Virus record (IMG/VR): IMGVR_UViG_3300042991_000780
Location: 1-64,000 of that record
Source of the DNA: a virus
DNA length: 64,000 bases
Strand: one strand, 5' to 3'
Part shown: in pieces, positions 20,601-30,530 of the stretch
Numbering within the stretch: the first letter of the stretch is position 1
Layout: each line of letters starts with the position of its first letter
Made by a program: the position numbers and the translations under genes
Notes under the pieces: generated by a model
Seen by the model: only the letters and a program-made list of their open reading frames with translations
Databases searched by the model: none
What the model was told of the DNA's origin: nothing

Positions 20601-23505
20601 AATCAGTAAATGTAGCACCACTTTCAAATATTCCTAAAGTACCACCACAAATTGTTGAAGCACCTGCAGCATTAACCGCAAATACATCTAATTTACTTGC
20701 AGGAGTACCTAAATTTAAATCAAATCCAGCACCACATATTTGTGTATCTTCAATTAATGCACCACCAAGTCCAAGATTTTGACTTCCAAAACAATCAGTA
20801 ATACCATTAGTACCACCAGTTATACCACCAAATGCTGATAATGATGTTTGACATACTCGACCACCAGCACCAATACAAAGTAATCCACCAGAACCCGGAA
20901 TGGTTGCTGGTATATATAAACCAGCACCACCAATTGAAACACCGCTTGATGCACCAGTAAGATTAATTTCATTAACATTTATTGAAAATTCTTGTGCACC
21001 TGTTATTAATGTTGGTTCAGTTATTATACCACCAAGTTTTGCACAATGTGAACCAACTTTTGTTAAACCATTGGTTACACCCGTAATTCCATTATCAATT
21101 ATACAAATTGCTGTTGTATCGAGACAAACATTACGTCCACCACTTGTACCAAGATGTGTACCTGTTGTGCCCGTTAATGCAGTATTAAGTACTGCCTGTG
21201 ATGCAGCAGCAAGACAAACATTATGTGCATCATATTTGACAATACAACCAGTAGCACCAGTTACATAATCTGCTTCAATTGTATCTAATCTTATATCAGT
21301 TGCTCCCGTGTAACTATTAATCTGTGCTTTTGAATATGTATTGCCAGTTACTGTTGAGAAAGGAACTATTGCAACTTCACCAGTTGAACATCTGGTAAGA
21401 ATTGAATCAGCAGCACTACCAGTAGGTGGTGTTGCAACCAACATAACATCAGGACTGTTAATACCAATACATGTACTACCACTTAAATTAAGTGTTGTTG
21501 ATTTTAATGTGAATGGGAATGCACCAGCAATTGATGTCGGTTCGGTTAATGCACCACCAAGTTTAACTTCATGAGAAGTTGGACTCGTCTTTGTAATACC
21601 ATTTGTACCACCAGTCACATAATCTGCTTCAATTGTGGCAACTCTACCACTTAATGCAGATGTCATACCCGTTACATATGCTGCATCAACAAGAGAATCA
21701 CATACAAACTCACCACGATAAATACCGCCATATCTAAGACCCACTGTATCTGTACGTGTATCACCAATAACACCCGAACCTGTTTGTGTTAAATTACCAC
21801 CAAGACAAACATCATGAACACCAACTTTGGTTAAACCTTCGGTTGCACCAGTAATATAGTCTGCTTCAATCGTATCGAGTCTTATATCTGTTGCACCCGT
21901 ATATGCATTTATACATGCTTTTGAGTATGTATTTCCAGTAACTGTTGATACTGAAAGTGTTTGAATAACACCTGTCGTATCTCTAACAAGAATTAGATCA
22001 TCAACAGCACCAGCACCCGGAGCAGTTACTAAACAAACTGCTGAACTACCATTAATTTTAATTGTAGCACCAGTTAGGTTGATTGCATTAGCGTTTATTC
22101 CTAACAAACATGTGCCACTACCAATTACCGTATTACCAGTTAATCCGCCACCAAGAACAACATTTGTTCCTAATTTTGTTAAACCATTATTTGCTGATGA
22201 TATACTACCACTTGAAAGAGTATTAAAACATGTAGCATATGCATCACTTAATGTCTGTAAGTTTGTCTGTGTGAATGGTGACAAAGGAGTAACAGAAACG
22301 TTACCTGCGGTTACTGAACCAGCACCCGGAGTTGTGGATGTTTGATTAAATTTAGCACCAGTTAAAACACTCCATGCTTCAATTCTAACATCATTTGTTG
22401 AAGTATAACCACTATCAGTATGTAAAGTTATTCTTTCTATAAGCACAAATTCTGCTGCTAAATTTGTAAAGTTACCAAGATTAATTGTTAATGGACTTTC
22501 TGCTTGTGCTGCTTCAAGTGAGCCATATTTAAATTGTGGCTGAAGTACAACTGCTCTATATAACTGTGAACCAGAATCTGCAGCAACCGGAATTCTAATA
22601 ACATACCAGTTAGCATATTCGTTATGTAACATTTCAGTTTCAGTAAACGCCGTACCATTCCAAGGATTAATTTTTGGATATGATGCACCAACCCTAAATA
22701 AATTAGACTGTGCTGCTGCTAAATTAACAGTACCAGTGCTTGTAAAATATAATTGAGTATAACTACCTTCTGACCATGCAGATAATGATGTTTGCAAATC
22801 TTCGTCAGCAATATTACCAGCATCAAAACCCGGAGTGTTATTTGCATCAGTAGGACTCACTGGCTGTAATACAAATGTGCCGGGTGTTAAACCAAATCCG
22901 CTTACACGATATGTTCCAATCGTTCTATGAAGTTCTTCATGTACTTCCCAAGGCATTGTTCCATGAACTTCACGAATTGCCCATGTTGTATTTGCTGGTC
23001 TTGCTGCAACATGTACATTATCAAAATCCCAAACAGCAGTACTCCAAGCAAATGTAGTACCATCATTACTATATAAATACCATGCCTGTGTATCATTAGT
23101 ATGTGCTGTACTTGTCCAAGGAGATGCTAACGTATATTTTTTACCTCTCCAATAGTACACAATACCACCAGCATGTGTTAATGTAATAGTCCTTGCAGTC
23201 GTACTATAAGTTACAACAATATTTTCATTATCTATAAATCCAGTTGGATCACCAACGTCATTATACATGGTCTGAGTTGCACCTGTATAACCATTAAATA
23301 TTGAAGTATTAAGTTTGTTTGCTGTTTGACCAGTTACATAATCAACATCGGTAATTGTATTTTTATTATAATTATTGGTCATACCTGTTGAGTATGCAGC
23401 ATTAGTACCAAATAGTGTACTACCAGATAAATGTAATGTGTCGCTTAAACATGAAATAACATGAGCATCGTTAATCCATATTTTTGTTTGTGTCGTAAAA
23501 GCCAT
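17659..23505 (-). CDS. Very large fibre/decoration protein
   Basis: 1948 aa; repeated TGATNGL..LGG.L and RLDTIEADYVTG units; VKVATT.NI.L.G..TIDG...GDRVLVKNQT...NGIY..GAWTRATD domain common in phage fibres; C-terminal TITLPATP..G...KD..G.A..NITI domain. Confidence 0.8.
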   Translation of the reverse strand: MAFTTQTKIWINDAHVISCLSDTLHLSGSTLFGTNAAYSTGMTNNYNKNTITDVDYVTGQTANKLNTSIFNGYTGATQTMYNDVGDPTGFIDNENIVVTYSTTARTITLTHAGGIVYYWRGKKYTLASPWTSTAHTNDTQAWYLYSNDGTTFAWSTAVWDFDNVHVAARPANTTWAIREVHGTMPWEVHEELHRTIGTYRVSGFGLTPGTFVLQPVSPTDANNTPGFDAGNIADEDLQTSLSAWSEGSYTQLYFTSTGTVNLAAAQSNLFRVGASYPKINPWNGTAFTETEMLHNEYANWYVIRIPVAADSGSQLYRAVVLQPQFKYGSLEAAQAESPLTINLGNFTNLAAEFVLIERITLHTDSGYTSTNDVRIEAWSVLTGAKFNQTSTTPGAGSVTAGNVSVTPLSPFTQTNLQTLSDAYATCFNTLSSGSISSANNGLTKLGTNVVLGGGLTGNTVIGSGTCLLGINANAINLTGATIKINGSSAVCLVTAPGAGAVDDLILVRDTTGVIQTLSVSTVTGNTYSKACINAYTGATDIRLDTIEADYITGATEGLTKVGVHDVCLGGNLTQTGSGVIGDTRTDTVGLRYGGIYRGEFVCDSLVDAAYVTGMTSALSGRVATIEADYVTGGTNGITKTSPTSHEVKLGGALTEPTSIAGAFPFTLKSTTLNLSGSTCIGINSPDVMLVATPPTGSAADSILTRCSTGEVAIVPFSTVTGNTYSKAQINSYTGATDIRLDTIEADYVTGATGCIVKYDAHNVCLAAASQAVLNTALTGTTGTHLGTSGGRNVCLDTTAICIIDNGITGVTNGLTKVGSHCAKLGGIITEPTLITGAQEFSINVNEINLTGASSGVSIGGAGLYIPATIPGSGGLLCIGAGGRVCQTSLSAFGGITGGTNGITDCFGSQNLGLGGALIEDTQICGAGFDLNLGTPASKLDVFAVNAAGASTICGGTLGIFESGATFTDLRAGTGRTGIQYASDYSTSFVPSSLVTKCYVDTVAAGLHPHDVVKVATTTNIDLNGAETIDGIAVTTGDRVLVKNQTTGSTNGIYVVNTAGAWTRATDFDGTPTGEVVNGDLVPVFTGATQANTIWVLTTSDPITVGTSSLDFTLFSRLLGIVAGDGIDVTPNGSNQTVSVDLMTNGGLAICTTELAVADTIAGIGLSWSAGVINANVCSGGTSGIPVRYNVGDTCLVVNKADISTALGGVITGATNGLTESPEGTVILGGSISTVTNLSIAATGGLTITDAHLAGARTGIVYANDYSDDYVARSLVDADYVTGLTSGLDVRLDTIEADYVTGATGGIYKTDCHTVSLTALNEAILAGALTGSTNGLTDDGRIVKLGGILSEDTTISGGTDYDLLLGVTASRIDNFEVRSCTGTIDSASGLLIYGSGTTLYVDCNGLCITDTCSQRGAVYDSDYSDNYVALSLITCQDLCEATSGITGAITTANNGLTKLGQNVVLGGTLTGETTIITSGGSFNLCTPLGGLNYSTFSHGDGTSIKYFDGNPGTCLDVNSGGITMQTKDDNISMFAGDDICLSANNSLDIYLTAGIITDGNGTPSGLTYAADYSATFVDNSLITKKYVTSQISGITGNAITGATNGLCKVGQDAELGGLLTKYTAISLGAFDLQVTGTCTCFCLMPTEATLKSCTTYLCGKDTGFILSDATYGAVFVDSRTGTTAHGLEYYDDYSTNYTCLSLVNVGYVTGLTSGIQADITQICNDIDYISGITAANTADISALGAISGFTLQSITGVTNGLTKVGAHSAKLGGTQLSETTVIPGNSQIFSLTGLTDLNLGGTTVDITGIVTLQSTPATGSVTTDAVLVWNSSDKQIKQIPATSLGEDNNDYSMTVVTGNTTLTTGSTYAILANSPTVARTITLPATPFDGQAFKFKDAGGQALTYNITISGNGNNIDGDPTAVINTDYGALELLFNTALDKWLVMSFVN

Positions 23506-23600
23506 AGTTTATGTTTTTTGTATATGTTTAGTTATTTTTCTGTTTATTATAAATAGTATTTTTTTTTTATTAAGTTTAATCTAACAACAAAATATTCTCA

Positions 23601-25073
23601 TTAATTAACAAATGATATTGGACTCCAGAAATACCCATTATATAAAAGCGTTATTGAACCATAATCAGTATTAATAACAGCACAACCAGTATTATTAATG
23701 TTTTTGCCAGCACCATCAATTATAATTCTATTAGTTAATGCTTCACCACAAACATCAGCAATTGTAATTTTTCTGCCAATACACAATGATGTACCGCTTG
23801 GTAAGTAAACACGATCTTCGGTAACGCCTGAAACACCAACATAAACAATATCAAGACCTGTTATATAATAAGGATCAGCATCAGTTACAACAACGCAAAC
23901 ATGTGATTTGCTGTTGTCAACATATTCTTTATCAACAAGTGTACGATCAGTATAATTATTATGATAACATCCTGTATATGTTGCACCAGAAGGTGCTGTA
24001 ATTATCATATTGCCATTCGTATTATAATTTAAATTACCGCCTTTTGAACATGTTGTTATTGATGTACCCGTAATATCAATATATGCCCAATTAGTTGTTG
24101 AAACTTTCTCTAATGAAACACAACTGATTGAAACTGAAGCACAACTATATGATGTTGGAGTACCAATAAATGACGATATTGATCCTGTTGTTCCAGATAA
24201 ATTTAAATTATAACCATTGGGGTTAATTGTTGTATCATTTAATAATGATCCACCAAGACAAACATCCTTATTAATATAGCCTAAACCATTTGTACCGCCA
24301 GTTATTGTTCCAGTAATTCCTGAAGTATAACCAGTTACCCAACCAACATCAGGAATTGAACGTGCCACATAATTTAGACTATAATCTTCATCATATTGAA
24401 TTCCGGTAAAATTAGGTTCACCAAGTGTACAAACAGTTATCCCACTATGTTCAACAACGATTGTGCTATATCCACTACCACTAATTGCATAGATTTGTGC
24501 CTGTTGTGGAAGTGCTTGAAACATTGAAAATTGATTTGGAGATGATGTTTCATCTGATTTGATTTCAATCTGTGCACCGCTAACACATGAAATTGCATCA
24601 GTACCACCAAAACAAACAGTTGCATTTGCTGGATCAAGAAATAATCCGGTCTGATAATCATCACAAATTCTTAAACTATAATATGTGCTACCACTTCCAA
24701 GACAAATGGTTGTATTTTGTGTTAATGGACTACCTAATCCAACCGATGTTCCACTGCTAAAAAGACTTAAACCATTTGTTGCTCCGGTTAAAGTACCAGC
24801 ACCACCAGAAGCAAATTCTTCCCAGCCAGCAGGATTATCAATATTACTAACATCTTTTAATACATAGTATTTACTATCACCCGTAACATAAACAATAGTA
24901 GCATATTCTTTTACCTGACCTGCTGCTGATGGCTCATCAGTTTTTCCTGAAAGAGCATATAGGTCATTTACACTTCCAACCGCAGTTCTGAAACCACCCT
25001 TAACAAAATCACTATCAACAACCGCTAAGTTTGGATTATTATGTATTTGTATGTCTGATTGTCTTAATGCCAT
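23601..25073 (-). CDS. Fibre/decoration protein
   Basis: 490 aa; TGATNGL and Y..DYS.NYVARSIPD modules; C-terminal domain shared with 17659..23505 (INTDYG). Confidence 0.75.
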   Translation of the reverse strand: MALRQSDIQIHNNPNLAVVDSDFVKGGFRTAVGSVNDLYALSGKTDEPSAAGQVKEYATIVYVTGDSKYYVLKDVSNIDNPAGWEEFASGGAGTLTGATNGLSLFSSGTSVGLGSPLTQNTTICLGSGSTYYSLRICDDYQTGLFLDPANATVCFGGTDAISCVSGAQIEIKSDETSSPNQFSMFQALPQQAQIYAISGSGYSTIVVEHSGITVCTLGEPNFTGIQYDEDYSLNYVARSIPDVGWVTGYTSGITGTITGGTNGLGYINKDVCLGGSLLNDTTINPNGYNLNLSGTTGSISSFIGTPTSYSCASVSISCVSLEKVSTTNWAYIDITGTSITTCSKGGNLNYNTNGNMIITAPSGATYTGCYHNNYTDRTLVDKEYVDNSKSHVCVVVTDADPYYITGLDIVYVGVSGVTEDRVYLPSGTSLCIGRKITIADVCGEALTNRIIIDGAGKNINNTGCAVINTDYGSITLLYNGYFWSPISFVN

Positions 25074-25100
25074 TTTATATCTGTTTTAAAATTTTATAAT

Positions 25101-28100
25101 TTATGAAATTACAATATCATCTGTTGAACTATATGCTTGTGTTGCATTGGTTCTCCATACTTTATAATTTAATGCTTCTAAATATGTATTTGTAACACTT
25201 ACTTGTGAAAGTTGTTGCCATGAACCAAAGTCCTGATTAACACCATTTTTAATAACACTTGTAAAATCGGGATATGTCGAAGGATATGCATAATATGTAT
25301 AGTTACTAACTGGTGAATTAATATTATTCCACGTTAAATTATCATCGGTCAAGAAATTCTTATTAGCAAGTGCCTCAATATCTGATTCGGTTAATGTTAC
25401 ACTTGTATTAAATCCCCAAAATGAGAAATATTTAAATGTTATTAGTGATGTACTACCATAATTACTTGTGTATTCATCAGTATAACCAATTCTATAATCA
25501 ATTGATGTTGCACTTGTTGGGACAGTATTATCAAGTGTTGATGATATAGTAACTGTTTGGGTTTCCAAACCACTTGCAGATGCTAATACAGTCCAACCAC
25601 CACCATTATATCTTCTCTCTAAAGTCCATGCAGTAATATCAACTAATGATTGTGTTGCATTTGTTGAACCCGAAGGACTGCTAATAACATTACCCTTTTC
25701 TCTTACTGTTTGTGTTTCAGGTGAAACAACAGTACCGTTTAATGCAAGTGATATTGATGGAGCAGTATATGCTAAAGGTGTTCTATCATATGTTACTGTT
25801 GTTGACGCTGCTGCAGTATCAGTTACAGTATATCTATAATTTATTACTGCCGTATTAAATCTATTAGCCTCATAGATCGTATGATTATATGTTGTCGCAC
25901 CAGTGTTTGTTGTTAATCCACTCCAAGCACCAGTATTTCCCCTTCTCCACTCAAGCAAAACAGTATCAACCGTTGCACCCTGAGTATTAATAGTATATGA
26001 GAATGTTAAATTAACTGTTTTAGCGGATAAACCAAATGTAAGATTTTGACTTGAAGAACTTAAATTAACTGTTGGTGGAAGTGCTTCGATTAGTGCCATC
26101 ATAATCACTTCTGCAGGTGTTTTTCCACTTGCTGGAATTAAATCACCATTTTCATATTTTCCAAATGTTTTATTTGCTGCAATACTTACAAGAATATCGT
26201 CAGTAAACACTTCAACACCAGTTCCACCACTTGAATAAATTATAATAGTATTACCACTATTTGTAACAACAGTAGCACCACTTCCAACAAATGTTGGCTT
26301 ATCAAGTATTGTACTACCTGTATATGAATGCGTATGTCCCGTTCCACTTTTTCCATCTAATTGTAATTGAATTGGACTTGTAACGTCATCAACATAACCA
26401 AGTTCAACTGATGTTAATGTTGATGGTATACCATCAAGCACATTTATTTCAACAGCACTTGCAGTAATCCCTGCAACTAATTGATTTTGTGCACAAGTGA
26501 TATGGTAACGTTCATTTGCATTACCACCTTGTAGACCAGCAAGGTCATTGTGTACAGTAACTAATGGTGATTTAAAATAAGATGCAAATGTAGTACCATT
26601 ATATGTTGCAACAATATATCTTTCTGTTGCAGCATCGGTTGTTGCAAATCCTATTTGACCAAGTTTGTCAGCAGTCCCAATAACAAATGCTGGTTGTACT
26701 ATTGTTCCAGTATAACATGTGAGTGATGTTGTTAATGTCGGTGTGTTGACACCAAATAATTTATTCCAGAAAGTGCTACCAGTTATGCCAGATGAATTTG
26801 CAAAACCTGTTGGTACTACAATGCATACCTGATTAGTGTTTATTCCAGCACATATTTGATATACGCCTGATGGTATTTGTAACCATGATGCTGTTGTATT
26901 TATCGTACTTCCAGTAAAATAACTTCCAGTAAATTGATTTGAAGTTATTATTGCTGTACGTGCATTACCAGAACCACTGATATCAACAGTACTTCCACTT
27001 ATCGGAACTACCTGATATATTTGACGTGTACCATATGTTATGCTCCCACCCAGAACACTATTAACACTTGCATATGAAGTAAATGTCCACGTACCTGATT
27101 CAATAACCGTCTTTCCAATAGCATTTGGATAACACCATGCAATAAAAGCACGTGTGTCTAATGTTGCAGCACCACAAACATATTGTGTACCACCACTTGT
27201 AACAGGTATTTTTGATAATGTTGCTATTTGAACTCCATTACCAGCAGTACCATCCTGACTAATACCAGCAGGTTGTGTTCTTGAATTAATTACAGGTGTT
27301 GCATTATAAAAATCAACACCAGCACCTGCAGATATCGAACCCACAGTTCCATTAACCCATTCTAATCCATTAAATTTAAGTACGTCATCAAGTGATGGTG
27401 ATGGTATGTTAACATCACCCAAATCGCCAAGACGATATAATGAACGAATTTCAATAAATATTCTACCATTAACTGCATCTTTAATAACTAAACCACCAAG
27501 AACTATTCTTAGATTTGGTGCTGCTGGTGGAACATTAGTTATTCCACCTTCTATTGTTGGTGATAAATATAATGTATCACCAACTGTCATACCTGAATAT
27601 TGACTATTTGTAAGTGTGTTAAGGTCATTAACATATCCTCTTGTGGTGATAAAACCATAACCATTTATTGCAATTTCTTGTGTTGTAACACCGATTACTG
27701 CTGCTGTTGTTGCACCACTCGCAATCGCCAATCCAATTGCAACTGTTACAGAACTTGAACCACCAACACCAGTTGAACGAACTACAGTGCCATTTGGTAT
27801 AATTGCACCAGATGCATTATAAACATAACGCAATTCTTCCTGTCCAATTTGAAGTGTAACACTGTTTCCACTAACATCCACATCACCGATTTGAACTGCT
27901 AATGTTTCGAAATTATTATCATAAAATAACTTTCCTTTTGTGTGTCCAGTAAGTGATGAAGGTAATGGAGTGTCATGAATTATTAATCCTTCATGGAAAA
28001 ATGGTTGACCATTACAAACGTCTTGAGGTATTGTCTGGTCGAGTTTTAAGAAATTATTTGCTGTATGTCCTGTCACAAAATTAGCATCAACCAATGATTG

Positions 28101-28607
28101 TGCAGTAAAGCCTGAACTATAATCACCATCATATGTTAAGCCAGCATTACTATCAAAACTAACTGATTGTCCTGAAAACGCTAAAGTAATTCCAGCAGGT
28201 TCAATCATAAGCTGTGCAGTACTACCACTCGTTGAAACCTGAAAACCACTGAGATTAATAAAATCTAATTCATGTGATCCCAAGCCATTAATTGTCGTAC
28301 CAGTAATTAAATCACCACCTAATACAACTTCTTTATCATTTACACCATTAATGTGAAGACCATTTGTTGCACCAGTAATTGTACCACCACCAGTAAATAT
28401 TTTTTCTACTAAATCACCGTCACCAACCCCATCTTTCCACCAATATTCAACACCAGCAATATTAACAGTTAAACCAATATATCTATATGTTGGAATACCA
28501 GCAAGAACTGCTGGAATATCTGTCCAAGGCGTATCAATATTCAAATATCTTGCATCAAATGGTTTATTTGCAGCAAGGTCGTAGTTATCATTAATTAAAA
28601 TTGCCAT
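25101..28607 (-). CDS. Large structural/fibre protein
   Basis: 1168 aa; N-terminal LAANKPFDARY; LGDLGDVNI.SP...DVLKFNG..WVN linker; HNDLAGLQGG and GHTHSY motifs. Confidence 0.75.
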   Translation of the reverse strand: MAILINDNYDLAANKPFDARYLNIDTPWTDIPAVLAGIPTYRYIGLTVNIAGVEYWWKDGVGDGDLVEKIFTGGGTITGATNGLHINGVNDKEVVLGGDLITGTTINGLGSHELDFINLSGFQVSTSGSTAQLMIEPAGITLAFSGQSVSFDSNAGLTYDGDYSSGFTAQSLVDANFVTGHTANNFLKLDQTIPQDVCNGQPFFHEGLIIHDTPLPSSLTGHTKGKLFYDNNFETLAVQIGDVDVSGNSVTLQIGQEELRYVYNASGAIIPNGTVVRSTGVGGSSSVTVAIGLAIASGATTAAVIGVTTQEIAINGYGFITTRGYVNDLNTLTNSQYSGMTVGDTLYLSPTIEGGITNVPPAAPNLRIVLGGLVIKDAVNGRIFIEIRSLYRLGDLGDVNIPSPSLDDVLKFNGLEWVNGTVGSISAGAGVDFYNATPVINSRTQPAGISQDGTAGNGVQIATLSKIPVTSGGTQYVCGAATLDTRAFIAWCYPNAIGKTVIESGTWTFTSYASVNSVLGGSITYGTRQIYQVVPISGSTVDISGSGNARTAIITSNQFTGSYFTGSTINTTASWLQIPSGVYQICAGINTNQVCIVVPTGFANSSGITGSTFWNKLFGVNTPTLTTSLTCYTGTIVQPAFVIGTADKLGQIGFATTDAATERYIVATYNGTTFASYFKSPLVTVHNDLAGLQGGNANERYHITCAQNQLVAGITASAVEINVLDGIPSTLTSVELGYVDDVTSPIQLQLDGKSGTGHTHSYTGSTILDKPTFVGSGATVVTNSGNTIIIYSSGGTGVEVFTDDILVSIAANKTFGKYENGDLIPASGKTPAEVIMMALIEALPPTVNLSSSSQNLTFGLSAKTVNLTFSYTINTQGATVDTVLLEWRRGNTGAWSGLTTNTGATTYNHTIYEANRFNTAVINYRYTVTDTAAASTTVTYDRTPLAYTAPSISLALNGTVVSPETQTVREKGNVISSPSGSTNATQSLVDITAWTLERRYNGGGWTVLASASGLETQTVTISSTLDNTVPTSATSIDYRIGYTDEYTSNYGSTSLITFKYFSFWGFNTSVTLTESDIEALANKNFLTDDNLTWNNINSPVSNYTYYAYPSTYPDFTSVIKNGVNQDFGSWQQLSQVSVTNTYLEALNYKVWRTNATQAYSSTDDIVIS

Positions 28608-28636
28608 ATTGTTTTATTTTTCTTTAAATATCATTA

Positions 28637-30520
28637 TTAATAATATAAACACATTGGAATACCAGTAGCCGTTGTGGTTATACCGCATGTCACATATACA
28701 TCATACAAACAGTTTGACCAGCAACTCTGTGCAGATGTAACACTAACACTACATGCTGCTGCCCATAAATTACCAACACCACCAATATTACCCGCATTTG
28801 CTGCACAAACCCACCATTTTGTTTTCGCTGCAGTACCAGCAGGTGCTGCAAACCACAAATATTGTGTTGTTGCATTAAATGTAATTGGAGTACTTGCTCC
28901 AACAACAGCAACTGTTTTTATTCCTGCTGCCACATTTGCACCAGTAATTATGTTCGATGCACTCGTGCCCCAATACCAAGGCAAAATACCTGTAACTGAT
29001 GCACTTGCACCTAATGTACTTCCTGATGGCAATGCTGCACAATATTCAGTACCTTTACTACCTAATGCTGGACTACCTGCATCATATCTTGTGCAAACAC
29101 TCCATGTTTTTGTTCCAGCAGATATAATATATGGATTAACTATTTGATTTGCTGATGGTAATACACATGCTTGCCAACCCAATGGCATTCCATCGCCAAC
29201 AAAACAATACGCATTAGCACTACCGCTTCTACTTGATGAGATGCTACAATATTGAGGATTAATGCAACCATCATCAAAATTACCACTAACCTGTTGTGAA
29301 ATCGAACAACCAATTTCCAGATTACCAGAATTACTTAATACAATTCCTGTAAACGGTTCAGTTATACTACCACATAATTCAGGAACTAATAATTGTTCAA
29401 ACAATTCAAAAGCAGTTTTTCCAGTTAATGGTGTTCCTATATCAATTCCACCAACACATACTGATGCTGGTGAACTCAAATTATATGTTCCACCACCAGT
29501 TCCGCCAGTACCACCTGATGAATACACAATTAAAGTGCCCCCAGATGTACTTACAACAGTATCACCACTACCTCTAATTCTCTTAAAATATAATGTTGTT
29601 CCTGTTTGTCCCAAGAAAATATTTTCACCAACACCAGCATTTGCACCTGCTAATACTGCACTTGCGCCTGATAAGTGAATCAATGAATCATTATCATCCC
29701 AAACTTTAATTAAACCAGTTGTATCAGATACTATTGTTCTGAAATGTAAATTATTATGTCCTGCGCATGCAAATGAACGTGCACCTATTGTTAATGTTGT
29801 GCCTGATGTTAAACTACCTATAACTGTATCAACAACGACATACGATCCCACTCCGCAATTATAATAATTTCCTGTTACCCATCCTGTTTCAGTATATACT
29901 TTTGTTGCGCCAGTATAATATATTGATACTATTGGAGATGTTCCAATTTGATCACAAATATATCCATTTGCTAAAATCCAGCCTCTTAATTCACCACTAC
30001 AAATACGTTCATTCCAAATCCATGATTTACAATTTAGATTTGAAATTGTTGGTGGTTTTATATATCCTCTTCTCCCAATGTTATCACTTGGTGGTTCACC
30101 AATACGAATTATACCATTACTATCCCTATAATAATTATTATATAGGGAATAATAATCACCATCAAAATTGTTATCAATTGTGTGATTTATTGGTAATATC
30201 TGTACTGCTGTTGTTCCACTAAAATACCCAAGATTTGTTGCACCAGTTACAAAATCACCTGTTGGTATTACTGAATCGTATTTCTTTTCAACTAAATCAC
30301 TATTATCCACACCTTCCTTAAACCAAAATTCAAGATTTGTCCCACCTGTACTGATAAGTACAGTTAAACCAGTATATCTTACTGCGTCTGATATTGTTGT
30401 CGTTACTTCAGTACAAGAAGAATATGGTAATTGACTACCAGCCAATGTCCTATTACTTAAATAACGTTTATCTAAGGGATTTGGTGCTGCGAGTGTTATA
30501 TTTTCATTAAATTGTGCCAT
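28637..30520 (-). CDS. Structural/fibre protein
   Basis: 627 aa; N-terminus paralogous to 25101..28607 (LAAPNPLDKRY); C-terminal half paralogous to 30531..31646 (VGG..GT.LTG.T, PW.WG.S, Y.WFA.P). Confidence 0.75.
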   Translation of the reverse strand: MAQFNENITLAAPNPLDKRYLSNRTLAGSQLPYSSCTEVTTTISDAVRYTGLTVLISTGGTNLEFWFKEGVDNSDLVEKKYDSVIPTGDFVTGATNLGYFSGTTAVQILPINHTIDNNFDGDYYSLYNNYYRDSNGIIRIGEPPSDNIGRRGYIKPPTISNLNCKSWIWNERICSGELRGWILANGYICDQIGTSPIVSIYYTGATKVYTETGWVTGNYYNCGVGSYVVVDTVIGSLTSGTTLTIGARSFACAGHNNLHFRTIVSDTTGLIKVWDDNDSLIHLSGASAVLAGANAGVGENIFLGQTGTTLYFKRIRGSGDTVVSTSGGTLIVYSSGGTGGTGGGTYNLSSPASVCVGGIDIGTPLTGKTAFELFEQLLVPELCGSITEPFTGIVLSNSGNLEIGCSISQQVSGNFDDGCINPQYCSISSSRSGSANAYCFVGDGMPLGWQACVLPSANQIVNPYIISAGTKTWSVCTRYDAGSPALGSKGTEYCAALPSGSTLGASASVTGILPWYWGTSASNIITGANVAAGIKTVAVVGASTPITFNATTQYLWFAAPAGTAAKTKWWVCAANAGNIGGVGNLWAAACSVSVTSAQSCWSNCLYDVYVTCGITTTATGIPMCLYY

Positions 30521-30530
30521 ATCTTAAATT